Shown: piece by piece, positions 12,986-24,699 of the stretch
How the letters are laid out: every line of letters starts with the position of its first letter
How positions within the stretch are numbered: position 1 is the first letter of the stretch
Assembly: GCA_009103225.1 (NCBI GenBank)
Contig: RHPI01000772.1
Span: forward strand, 379,810-443,809
Origin: Chlorokybus atmophyticus
Taxonomy: Eukaryota; Plantae; Mesostigma and Chlorokybus algae
DNA: 64,000 nt
Direction: 5' to 3'
The notes under the pieces: model-generated
Databases searched by the model: none
What the model saw: only the letters and a program-made list of their open reading frames with translations
Told to the model about the DNA's origin: nothing
Made by a program: the position numbers and the translations under genes

Positions 12986-14100
12986 AAGAGTGGATGCGAC
13001 TAGTGTGTATGCTCTATCACTATCCCACTCGTGACACCTCACACACTAGTGCGATAATGCGCTGTGTGCAAGCAAATGACAGCCCATGATGACGCTGCAA
13101 TCAGTCTGTCGGCAATAGTGCACGCAGCACTAATGCAGAACACTCATACGCAAGGGGGTGATACTGTGAGTCAACAAGCCATTACTATTGCGTAGTGCTA
13201 TGACACAGTTCCTTGCACTGAGATCAATGGGAATTTCTATTGTTAAGTGAGGTGAATGAATGCAACAACTATAACGATGCTACACCCAGAATGCAACTAG
13301 CACACTGCCCACGTACGTGCAACCAAGTCCACACCCATGACAGCAGTATCGTGTAGAGAGGGGTACTCGCTTCACAGTGGTGGAGTCGTGGCAAGCGGGA
13401 CAGCTTGTCGTGCACAGTTGGATTCCCTTCACAGCTTGCTGGTTGTGCGCAATAGGCAGAACACCAAGTCCACACCCAGCAAACTCACCCAAGTCAACCG
13501 CACACACACACCCCATGCACAACTTAACTCAAGATTTCTCACTCACAATATCACCAAGTATACAAGTACACGGTCTGTCTACTTATACAACCGTATGAAC
13601 ACATGTGAGCCATTAGTTTAGCAAGCCTAAATGGCTAGTCATGGTTATGTGATAGCTGTTCACTATTGAACTGTCTAGTCTAGTCGGGTAGAAAACGAGT
13701 CTGTCCACGGGCAACGAGATAGACTCATAACGGATCAGCTAGGTGCGAGGGACCTTCTGGTCGGATGTTCCAAGGCCTGGACTGGACCGCGAGGTTGGGT
13801 GATTGTGACTTCCAACGTATGGCTAGGAAGTTGTGAGCGTAGGGTTGAAACTCCAACGTATCAGCTACGCGGGGTACCTACAAGGACTGCCTTGGAACCG
13901 TCAAGTTGCCAGGACGGACTGATGCCAGTTGCGCGGGAGAGTCGGACTGGTTGAAGAGGACTGCTATGCCGGTAGCCCGGGAGGTGGGCTAGATGTAGGC
14001 ATACCCGAGGAGAAAAAACCCTCCTGGACGGTTAGCATGACACATGGTAGTAAAACTGATGCAATGTACCCTTGGATGCAGGGACCCCATAAGCGTATTA
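12986..14100 (-). mobile_element. 5' LTR plus leader of an LTR element of the same family as 27156-27739, truncated by the copia
   Basis: 13241 tgttaagtgaggtgaatga is the reverse complement of the 27.7-kb LTR end. The minus strand of 13240-12986 aligns with 27740+ (gaactgtgt..agcactac..tggcttgttga.tcacagt.tcacc). The TATA/R region tgtataagtag...tgtgagtgagaaa is shared. The distal LTR boundary near 14.1 kb is uncertain. Confidence 0.75.
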
Positions 14101-14501
14101 TGCTCTTAATAGCTTCTAATCTTCTCTTGAGTTTTGGCCATAGACTACCATATAGCTATTTTAAACCCCCCCCCCCCCCCCNCTTCTCTTTGAGGTGCGC
14201 ATCGACTGGTGCGCCCGCCAGACATTGGCTGCGCATCACCATTGCGCAGACTAGTAGGCTTCTTCGCCATCTACGGGCAGTAGCTGTGGGGTGGTGTTTG
14301 AATGGGCTCCCGTGCAAGCCACGACAACGGCGACGGAGGCTACTGCATCCTGGCATTAGTGACATCGACATGGTTGCGTGCGTGCATATGCAAATAAATT
14401 CGCTTATTATGCGACCATATTTACGGTACATATTGGAGTAGTTTTATACGTTGCAACCCAAATTACCTTTGATGTCTGTGCATAGAGCGTTCAGAAATCA
14501 G

Positions 14502-14596
<95 letters not shown>
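14502..14596. repeat. Poly-C homopolymer (95 C, ending in N)
   Basis: Direct reading; true length is uncertain because an N adjoins it. Confidence 0.85.
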
Positions 14597-15107
14597 NCTG
14601 CTTCAAGTGTTGCTGTAAGGGTTGCACACATGCTGTGCATCGCAACCATGTGTGTTGAAAAGTGTCTCAGCTCTGCTAGCAATGCTGCTGACGGGGCCAG
14701 CACAGCATAGCCGTTGCTCGCTGCCTTGCTCTTTATTGAAAATGGATGATGTCAGGAGACATGCTTGCCCACACCACCACACCCTCACTATTGGCTCCAA
14801 TATCCGGGCTACAAACCGTCAGCCCCTAATTCACACCACTTATGATCACCTACATACAAGCTCGTATTCTGCTTGTTATTGCACTTGCAACTGACAAATA
14901 ATTAATGAACCCGGCTATCGTGAGTGGATTCAGTAATTAACCTGTATTATTAAGCATTGTTGCCCCACTTGGCATGATTGTCGCTTTGTATTGCCCCTTG
15001 CTATATGTGTCGCGTGTTGCAATTTGCCTTGCTTGTCCTGCCTTGCACATAGCTGCATACGCACGTGCACACAACATTTGCAACCAGCACCACCAATGCA
15101 TTGATAT

Positions 15108-15949
15108 TGTCACATCCCACTCGACACAAAAGACTAGGTGCTTTTATGGTCGATTTATGGTAATTTAATGTACCTTCCCGTAATGGTAGTCGCGCCGAAC
15201 TGACCAGTTCAGTCGGCATGGCAGGGCGCAACCTACCTATTGCGGCGACGCGACCTGTGGGGCCGGTAGCGGTGCGCTATGCGCGCGTTGACCGGTATGG
15301 GCCTAAATTGGCCGGTCCTTGGGCGGTGGGGCCGGTGCTCGACTTTAATCAGACCCTAGGATGATTCCCCAGCTGATGCGAGCCAGCTGCCAAGGACGTC
15401 AGCGTTCTTAAGTGGGGGGGAATGTAACGGGAAGGTACATTAAATTACCACTCGACCACAAAAGACTTGGTGCTTATATGGTCGATTTGTGGTAATTTAA
15501 CGTACCTTCCCGTTACATTCCCCCCCACTTAAGAACACTGACGTCCTTGGCTCGCATCAGCTGGGGAATCATTCTAGGGTCTGATTAAAGTCGAGCACCG
15601 GCCCCACCGCCCAAGGACCGGCTAATTTAGGCCCATACCGGTCAACGCACCGCTGCCGGCCCACAGGTCGCGTCGCCGCGATAGGCAGGTCGCCCCCGGC
15701 CGCGCCGACTGAACTGGTCAGTTCGGCGCGACTGCTATTAGGCAAGTCGCGACCCATTGATGATGGCACTTATACAGTGACCATTCACGATGTTATTGTA
15801 TCGAGAAACAACGACCGCGGAATTCGTGTGCAAGGCAGGAATTGAACCCGGGTCGGAGCTCCGATACCAATGTCACAGCCCACTCGACCACAAAAGACTT
15901 GGTGCTTTGATGGTCGATTTGTGGTAAATTACTGTACCTTCCCGTTAGA
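15108..15949 (-). mobile_element. TRIM (miniature LTR element) composite with ~79-bp LTRs and an inverted partial duplicate
   Basis: LTR copies at 15108-~15183, 15451-15517 (partial) and 15871-15949. On minus: PBS TGGTATCGGAGC (15869-15858) and PPT taagtgggggggaa. Flanks gatat/gacat are a near-perfect 5-bp TSD. No ORF. Confidence 0.85.
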
Positions 15950-17506
15950 GACATTGCCTAAGTGTACCAATAGCTGCATTGATCGACTTCACCACTCCAC
16001 TTACAACAATATATGTGAATGCTTGCTAATGTAAAAATGCGCTGCATCCACCTGTATGGGCCCCTCTTTTATCAAATCATGAGACGTTAAGATGCAAGCA
16101 AAAGTGGTTGCGAGCAACTGAAAACAAATTCAGTTAAGATTCGAGATATGGTGTACAATCATATGATAACTATAAGGCTTCTTACTGCACGAACACTTAC
16201 AGCGCAAAATCGGCAAATGCAAGTACTTGGCTACATAAACGCCTATCAAACTCGTTTAAACAGTGTAACAGTATGCATCGCATAATGACATCACCTGATT
16301 TCATTTTACAGGATCCCGAGCCATACAAAGGAGTGTCATCCAAAATTTTATTGTGTCTATGCTTGCATATAAAACATCAGTGCATGAAATATGTATCATG
16401 GTATTACCTTTTCTGCACTTGCATTGATCAGCGGCGTGAGGGGAGTGTGCAAGCGCTTTGATTATGAATTTTGAGCTTCGATTTGCACTTATATTCAAAT
16501 TTTCAACATCACATACTATTACATATTTAATTGAATACACCACAACTGATTACAACTTAAAAAAAATCCTGCAAGATATTTGGTGCTATTTGGTGCAACA
16601 ATAGTCTGTTCCGCAACAGTATCTACGTAACGGAGAGGTTGAACAATGCAGTTGCAATCACATATGACATTATGTAGTTTATTAACATCGTGAAGCAATT
16701 TTTGGTGTTGAATTGCTTCATAGTGTTTTTCATGCACTTGTATGGCATGTTAGCGTTGTACTCCATCAACTTGTCATTATACATGTAGAATTAATCAATG
16801 TCATGTGTTGTTCATAATGAATAAACAGCAACACATGATATGAAAAAATCTGATATGCATATAAGTCTAAAGATTACAATCATTGAAGTGATCCTCTATA
16901 TGTTGTGCGTCCGCCAAAAATACAGGAATAACCTACAATCATGTTTAAAATCACTTCAATCATGGCGTTAAGTTGTTGATTTGTTATGATATTGATATTT
17001 GTTACGCCATTGATATTGACAATGAAACGCGATAAGTTGCTTTGAATGTATTAATGTAGCTTTTGGGCTAATGTGGCTGGGAGGTAGAACAAATCCTGAA
17101 ACAAATCATGATACTCTTGACCTTTAAGTTGTTGAGATTATGAATGGCTTTGGTCATGTCCAATACTTCGATACCACGGGTATTCACGGGAGTCAATGTT
17201 CACAAAAGTGAATAATGCTGGTCATTGTTGTTCAACAGGTTACTTACATGCGTGAGCCAGCAGTTGCTTACACGGAGGGACGCCAACGGCACTCAGCGGA
17301 TCGCTGTTTATCGCCCAACACAGATCCTGGAAATCCGCATCACCGCCTCGCTGCAAGATTTCGGGGCCACTGCCCCACTGGCCCATGTTCATGCACCCCG
17401 CAATTGAGATGAGCCACGGTTGAGTTGCAGTAAATCAGCGCAGCTGCGGCGGAGGCGGCGGCAAAGGAGGAGGAGCAGCAGAGGCAGGAGGACGCAAGAG
17501 GCAACC

Positions 17507-18662
17507 ATGTTGGTGTCGGAGAGGCAGAGGATGCAGGGCGGTGGGGTGGCCGTAGAGGCGTCGCCCAGCACTCGCGGGACAAGCGTCCGCCGCACAGGCT
17601 GGGGGCCCGACCTCAGCGGCATCCGCCTAGGCAACAACCCCACCGTCATCACCACCGCTGCCGGTAAGCGTGACCACGAGCACAATCATGACGACAACAT
17701 GCATGCCCAGAAGACTGTCTGCTTGAGCAATGCGATGTCACTGACTGTCGCACACTTGTCGTCATGACCAGGCTGGAACCTGGAAAGCACCTACGGGGAT
17801 GAGTGGAAAGCGTCAGGCTTTCAGCTCAACATTGGGTAAGTTAGAACAGGCGGCGTGCAGCATCGTAGTTGCGAGTGCAAGTGCGTTGGTGCGTGTAACC
17901 TTTGCGCATGTGTGTGTGATGCTGTGACAGTGACAGCTGTTTGTATGCCTTTGTTTCATTCATGTCACTGACGTATGTCATGTGCATGTAAACTTGTTCA
18001 GGTATGAGGCTACACCTCGTTATTTCAACGTGGGTGGCTCCCGCCTTCCTGTCAGTGTTGGTGCACGCATTAATTTGCTCGAGCCCGATATTGGTGCCCT
18101 AAAGGCATGGACGCCCGAGCTGTATGCACAGGTGCGATGCTCTTCTTAACCAACCTGCAATGCATGGGTGCACTGCAGGATGGTATGCAACCTCTCAATC
18201 TGGCACTTCGTGCCCTGGCTTGGCGTAATATGCAACCGCTTGTGCATATTCTGAATCACTGAATCAATAAATCCTCTACATGCTTTGCCCTATTTGACTT
18301 GGATACTGACATACGCGTGTACCTGTGTTTATGATAATCTATCAGACGGAGTACAAGCCCAACTGGAGGCACGCACAGGTATTACGTGAAGCAATAACTG
18401 CTATGCATGTAGAGTACTATTATGCACAAGCTGACAGTATATTTTGTATGCGCAGCCATTTGTGGGTGTCGGGGCGCGTGTTCGCATGCCATCCGATAAG
18501 GATTTCGCGGTGCAGCCACAACAGTACCTCACTGCGGGGGTGCAGTCTGAATATGCAAGGGGCTGGAAGGCCACGCTGCGCTATGCTGATGAGCTAGGCC
18601 GCTTTGACAACCTGCTCAAAACCAGCCCCACTGTTGAGATTGGCTGGGGGTACGATGTTTAA
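17507..18662 (+). CDS. Unknown 196-aa protein, predicted small outer-membrane-type beta-barrel, 5 exons
   Basis: Exons 17507-17663, 17772-17835, 18002-18131, 18346-18378, 18456-18662, all GT-AG with consistent phases and no internal stop. Eight alternating-pattern segments; C-terminus TVEIGWGYDV*. The gene model is well supported; the fold call is inference. Confidence 0.75.
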
Positions 18663-21325
18663 GGTTACAAACAGTGCAGCAAACAGGACGTGTGGGTAAG
18701 TTAGGTCAGTGTCATCTGGCTTCTGTCCCAACTGTATAGGTAACATAACTGCTTGTATATTTTGTATCGCACTACTTGCACATGTAAGTGGGTTACGGCT
18801 GGTTTGAATGTGCACGCTGCACATGGTGTAATGCACGATGTACACTTGACCACGAGTTGAATGTTGGCAGATATGTTTCTGGTATGGCTGTTGTGCACGT
18901 TGTTTGTACAACGCTGTCAGTGCACATTACGCACGTGAATGCGCAATGATATGCACGCATTCAACTACGAGGCAGTGAGTGTAGCAGAGCGTGCAGCAAG
19001 CTGAAGCCAGTGTTGAAATGTTCTGTCGATTCTGTAGGCAAGCTAGCCAATCTAAACATGTAAAACACTTCTTGCATGTAGACACCATAATAGAGACATC
19101 CACCCACCCGCAATGACAATGCATCAACATGACAACCCCGCAACAGCCCATCGCAATGGTAGAAACTCTACCTTGCCACAGACGAATGGTAACAAGCGAT
19201 TATGATACACTACGCATGTTTCTCTCCCAACTCTTGTAAACTTCTTGCCAATTGTGCATGTACTGTTTCAATCTTTCGAATGCACCATGCAGTTCTGCAT
19301 CAATAACCATTCCCAGTGTGACAAGTGGTGAAGAAACTTTAGAAAACCCTGAGTGCTTCATGCACAATAAGCGGAAATAAAAGGTTTTCCAAAAGTAGTC
19401 CGCATAGTGCAAATCTTAGCCATATGTGCTACCGAAGGAAACTGATTTGATTAAATAATAAGATGTGCCACACATGCAATAAGCCACATTTGGATACATT
19501 ACATGTAGAGTATATACAATTGCACATATTACTTTCACAAGAGTTGCTAAAAGCAAACTCCCAAAGCGGAAAGGGGCCATGCAAGTTGCACGCTCACAAC
19601 TATGCACAGCCAATAATAACTGCAATATTAGATGGGGGCCAAGTAGAGCTTTTACTCAACTATAACGACGGACATTGTGAACATTGCTTGTTAGTCGGCT
19701 TGCACCTAATCTGTGGCCCTTTCATTCTACCATTTACATCAGCATGAAAAGATAATACATCATTAGAACACTACTAGCGATGTATATACAAGCATTTGTG
19801 GGATGGTATGATGTAACAGCAAGTGACATTGCATTGCAGCAAAGTAACAGTGCATCATATGTTGATGCTGGCTGCTACGTGTCTACGATAAGTTCATAAC
19901 CACGCGGATACATTGTGGTGATAATTGGGGTAGCGTAGCGTAATGAAGTTATGGATGGTAGAACTTGGTGGTCAAGCATTATACGCTTGGCATAGGGTGT
20001 TTATCATGAATTCCTATACCCTAAGCATATTGTGGAGTTAAGTGATGTTATGCATGGTGACGCTTTAACATACATGTTGCAACATGCGTGGCGCACATAC
20101 TGTGCATGCTGCATTAACCTTTTGGAGTTGTATGGGTATAGATCGTGGCATGTCATGCACAAACATGCGCGGCGCATGTTTGTAACAAGCAGAGATGCAT
20201 AGCAAGCAGAGCAGGCACAACAAGCGGAGGAGATTAATATATATAACACCCAGGGCCACCTTCTTACTAGCATAAGTGATGCTTTGTGATGTGCAATGCA
20301 ATGTTGTAGGGCAGGCAGTTGGCAGCAGCAGGTAGCAATGGCTCAATCAACCAACCTGATGATACAAGGCAAGGAGTTTGGGATTGAGCGTGGATAGGAC
20401 AAGTAAAATTGGAGTGGTGTTGTGCTGTGCTATGACCTAATCCACTGCCCCCCGCCCCCGCCACGGCGTCAACATCTACAGCGCCGCCAGCAGCGACAGA
20501 ACTGCAATGGTCTTACCGCATATGACTTTAATCTTTGGGCCGGCAGTGTAACCAATACGTGTACATTAGTACAATACACTACTGATACCAGTGGCTCGCT
20601 AGCTTTGCTTGTTCGTAACCAGTGTTGTAACTTTTCATCATTCGTGTCCATCATCGTCGCAAAATGTTACCCCTGACGGCCGACTAAAAATATAGGACGA
20701 TCGTGGGTCTGACAATACTCAGTCAGATTGTCGTTGCTCAGTCTGTCGGCAATCTTGATACAGGGGCCTGAGCACAACGGCCGTTACCATCAGTCGACGA
20801 CCGTCTGCATAAAGGGACTAACTCTAACTAACAGGTATGTGTAAGGACAGTAGGTGTTGTAAGGATCAAGCGATAGGGACTTAACCTAACTGACAAGTAA
20901 TTAACCGGTAACTAATAGTTATGCACCGGCCACCGTACATTAACTGATTGGAACTGACAGGTATCTCATGGTACCCGCCGTTACTGAAGGGTACCTTCAA
21001 AGGTACTTGTTGGGTACCGTTCAGTCATGATTAGATACCTTACATGAGTGTCGTCATTGATGATGAAATAATTTGTTACATGTGTTGCAAGTCATACTAG
21101 GAGTATTCCACAACATGAACTATTATGAGCGGCTACTACTACCACTACTACCACCCTAATTCAAGGCCTTATACTAAGCCGCCGCTCCTGCGCTCCACCT
21201 CCGCCGCCGCTCCTGCAAGCACAAGTCAATCACACCAGCGCCATTAACAGCAACATACACACCAATGCTCACATTGTGACAACTTACATACACATGATGT
21301 TGCTTGCCATATACTGCCGCCGCCG

Positions 21326-21385
21326 CCTGGCCTGGCCTAGCCTAGCCTAGCCTAGCCTAGCCTAGCCTGGCCTGGCCTGGCCTAG
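21326..21385. repeat. (CCTAG/CCTGG)12 pentanucleotide microsatellite; a (GCC)n tract follows at ~21485-21512
   Basis: Direct reading. Confidence 0.9.
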
Positions 21386-21481
21386 CCGCTCTGAGATAAG
21401 AAGGGTGGTTAGGCTGCATGCGCTGTTGCGCATAATATAACGTTACAGCACCAAGCAAACTTGCTTACTGTTAGCCATTGC

Positions 21482-21512
<31 letters not shown>

Positions 21513-22374
21513 ATCACCGCGGTCGCCGCCACTGCACAACTCAACTGTATAACTTGTTTGAAGCCGTTGAGCGTTTAAACCTTGGGCAATTAAAGTGATT
21601 TAAACGCGTTGTTACAATGGCACCATCTAACCATGAAAATGCTACGATGGTGCTATTGTAATAATGGGATTTTCGTCACCATTTGTATAGTACGATAGTT
21701 GCATGTGCCATCGTTCCGCATTGCTTGCCGGCAATAAAGGACGAGCGGTCACAATAATTGTCATAGTCGGTAAGTCGCCGCCGCACCAACGGATGACTGG
21801 TGGTCTGCTCTCATTTGTCGACAAGCGGGCAGGTCACGGAATAGGGATTGACAGTGATTGGCTTGCCATGGTAGGCAAGCCGCCGCGCATACGGTAAGAT
21901 GGTTATGGTACGACAGGCAACCGACCGTTGCACAAAATGACCAAAAGGTGACTGTCTGCTATGCTAAATAGGTCGCTATCGAACAAAACAGACGACCGGC
22001 TGTTACTTGAAGATGCGGTGACGTCATGTTCAAATCATCGCAGGCAGGCTTTTGCGTGTAGCTATTGGCCGACCGCTGGCCGTTATTAAATGTTGCTGAG
22101 TAGCACCGGCCGTCCTGTAAGTCCCTTCATGGACCAGTCCGTTAAGTCAGGCAGAGTTAAGTTCCCGTCAGTCCCTCAGTCCCTGGATAGTCATCGTGTA
22201 AAATTTGCAACGATGTACACCGGAGATGTCCCTTTCCACTGTGTATCCTCAATAAGGGGGTACACATTTGCCTTCACCTTTGTGTTCAGAAATAAGCACA
22301 AAACTTCCACACCGTTTCTCAGCCAGACTTTAATATCAGAACAGCTCTATCATAGTAGCACTCGACCCCGCGCA

Positions 22375-22720
22375 GCCCAACAAGGCACCGCAAATGTGGC
22401 ACATCAAGCTCACTAAGGAGCTAGAAGCACTCGGCTTATTCGCATCCTCTGCAAATCCTGGGCTCTTCATCCATGCAAACAAGATCAATCTGCTCTTGTA
22501 TGTGGATGGCATCACCATCGCAAACCGGCATGTGCACCTTATGTAGGACACACAACTTGCAAGGCTTGGTCCGAGCAAGCTTTGAAAATGGTTGTTGTAG
22601 ATTCTACAACCATTTTCAGTCCATGATCCTGGAGCGGCCAAGTGATTCCTTGGCATGGTGATTGATTGCAATAGGGCGGCTCACACGACTAAGAGCGGTC
22701 AGGAGCAGACGGTTGGAAAC
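22375..22720 (+). mobile_element. Degenerate copia RT fragment, same family as 7754-12985
   Basis: ggcacatcaagctcactaaggagctagaagcactcggc... aligns with 11455-11750 of the full-length copia. Confidence 0.85.
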
Positions 22721-24400
22721 CTTATCATCAAGTTTTGGAAAAAGCCTACCTCGCGCATGATGTGATACACATCGTCTCGCAAGGCGTCCATGTCGTGTCG
22801 AGCCGCCCTTTCACTCCCAAGTGCGCACCGCAGTAGGTGCGTGCCATGCGGTGTGATCTTTACACCGCAGTGCGAACATTTGTTTTTATCGGGTGTGCGC
22901 AAAATTATGCGATACACATCTGCTGAAAATCGCAACAATGAGAACAACGGCAGCCCTGACAACCACGCACCAGCCTCAACACATGATGCTAAAAGTCATC
23001 GTGCTCTCTCATCAACAAAAGCCCCAAGCCCACTCTCATACAACTCCACTGTTGCGGTGTTTTTTGCGGCGCTGACAACGTTCATCTGTAGCTTGCATAT
23101 ACGTGCCTCCGAGCGCGGCATCGCCATAAACGGGGGGAATGCGGCGCGCCACTTGCGGCAGCAAGCAACAGATTGATCGTAACTCTTGCAGGCACCGAAG
23201 GGGGCCAGTCTCCACCTCGTCCAATGCCAATACGAACACCTCGTCCGGCGGTGAAATGAAATGGCGCCGCTGCGACGCTATTGCGGCCCAACCACTACCA
23301 GTCATAAATAGTGACAAACGCTGCTGGTGCGTGCGCTATACTCCGCAACCCAACTGCACCTACTGCCACGGGTACAGTTACCTGTGCTGTGATCTTTGTG
23401 ATTCGCGCGTCTGAGCCTGACCACATTGGTATGCAGCAGCTGTCGCAATGCATATTGTGTGCGCCCGTTCAAACCTTCTAGATCCCGGATCCCAGGTCAT
23501 TAACTTGGTTCAGGTTGAAGACACTTGGTTGAATTGCGTGTGGAATGCCGATGATAGCGGAACTATATGCGATAGGTACGCCGATTTGACAACCACACAC
23601 CGCGGTAGCAGTGGTGCGGCCACTTGTGCGTCTTCCAACACCCGCAGTTCCGGTAGAACTGCGGCACGCTCTGCCAACGTAAATGCACAGTGGTCCTGTA
23701 CAAAGCAGTCACTCCCCAACGGCACTCTAGCGCTATCACCCCGTCACCGCAACTTGCGCCGTTAATCGGCGCACGTTTTCCGCGAAGATCACCAACTGCA
23801 ATGCTGCTTCGTCCGCGCTGTAGATTACCAATTTTGGCATGGCCATCTTCAAGCCCACTGCCGCCATAGCCTTAGTGAGCGCACATGCTGTTTTTGACGC
23901 CTCTGCGGCTGGGCCCATTAACAATGTGTCGTGCGCGAACGCCGCCGCACGCACGTGATAAAAGCACGCTCGATAACGTGCGTGTGCACCAGTGCGTAAA
24001 AAAGTCCTGCCAGTGGGTCACCCTGCCGCAGCCGCTGTCTCGTGCCCGTTCCTGACGTGATAGGGACCACCTTATTCTCGCACCTGATATAAAGTATTAT
24101 CACAGCAGGGATGCAGTGCCATATGTATATACTACAAGCGGACGATTGGGATGCATGCAGCGCAAATGGTAAATTGCGCAAATCCCTGAAGATTGATGTG
24201 CAGTCCACAGCGTTTCCGTAAAAACTGACTTGGTGATGGAAGAGGCGTTTAGAGTGCCCTACCACTCTTGAGGGGCGGGGAGGCCCACTCCGTCGTAGAA
24301 GAGGAGCAACATTCCTCGGGAGGCAGTCACGCACCTGTTGAAATTGTGCTTGCGCCCGAGAGGGTGTCGTCACTTGTAGCACGCAGCAAGGGTGTCGACG
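22720..24400 (-). mobile_element. Decayed non-LTR retrotransposon of the RLE-type (CRE/R2-like) group
   Basis: Fragmented frames: GTRQ..QGDPLAGLFYALVH, FAHDTLLMGP...VGLK (RT core), DAQVAAPLL, and a C-terminal CCHC followed by RH (CSHCG...HLLRC...ERAARHD), which precedes restriction-like endonucleases in this group. The clade call is from motifs only. Confidence 0.65.
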
Positions 24401-24699
24401 CAATAGAAAGTTCTAGTTGAGGTGCTTCATGTGTCGTGGACAACTAAGAACCCGGCTGACGCCCAGGCGCGCCAGTTTTTGCGTGAGGCGCTAAAAAAGT
24501 GCAGCACCTTGCCATCAGCACCGCGGATGCGAGGGTGGAGGAAGAGGTGCTGTTTTTTAGCATTTCATCAGAAGAACAGGGGGTCGGGGGGAAGGAGGGG
24601 TGAATCTCCTGCTAGCCTGTGGAGAAGATACAACGCCGGTGCAGAGGGGGGGGGGATGGGGAGGCCGGGGGAGGCCATGAGGGCTGCTCCGTTGGGGAG

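Noticed and set aside
14463-14703. Poly-glycine ORFs
   Set aside because: They are translations of the poly-C run.
20422-20676. Exon of a Cys-containing secreted protein
   Set aside because: No convincing start, signal peptide or neighbouring exons.
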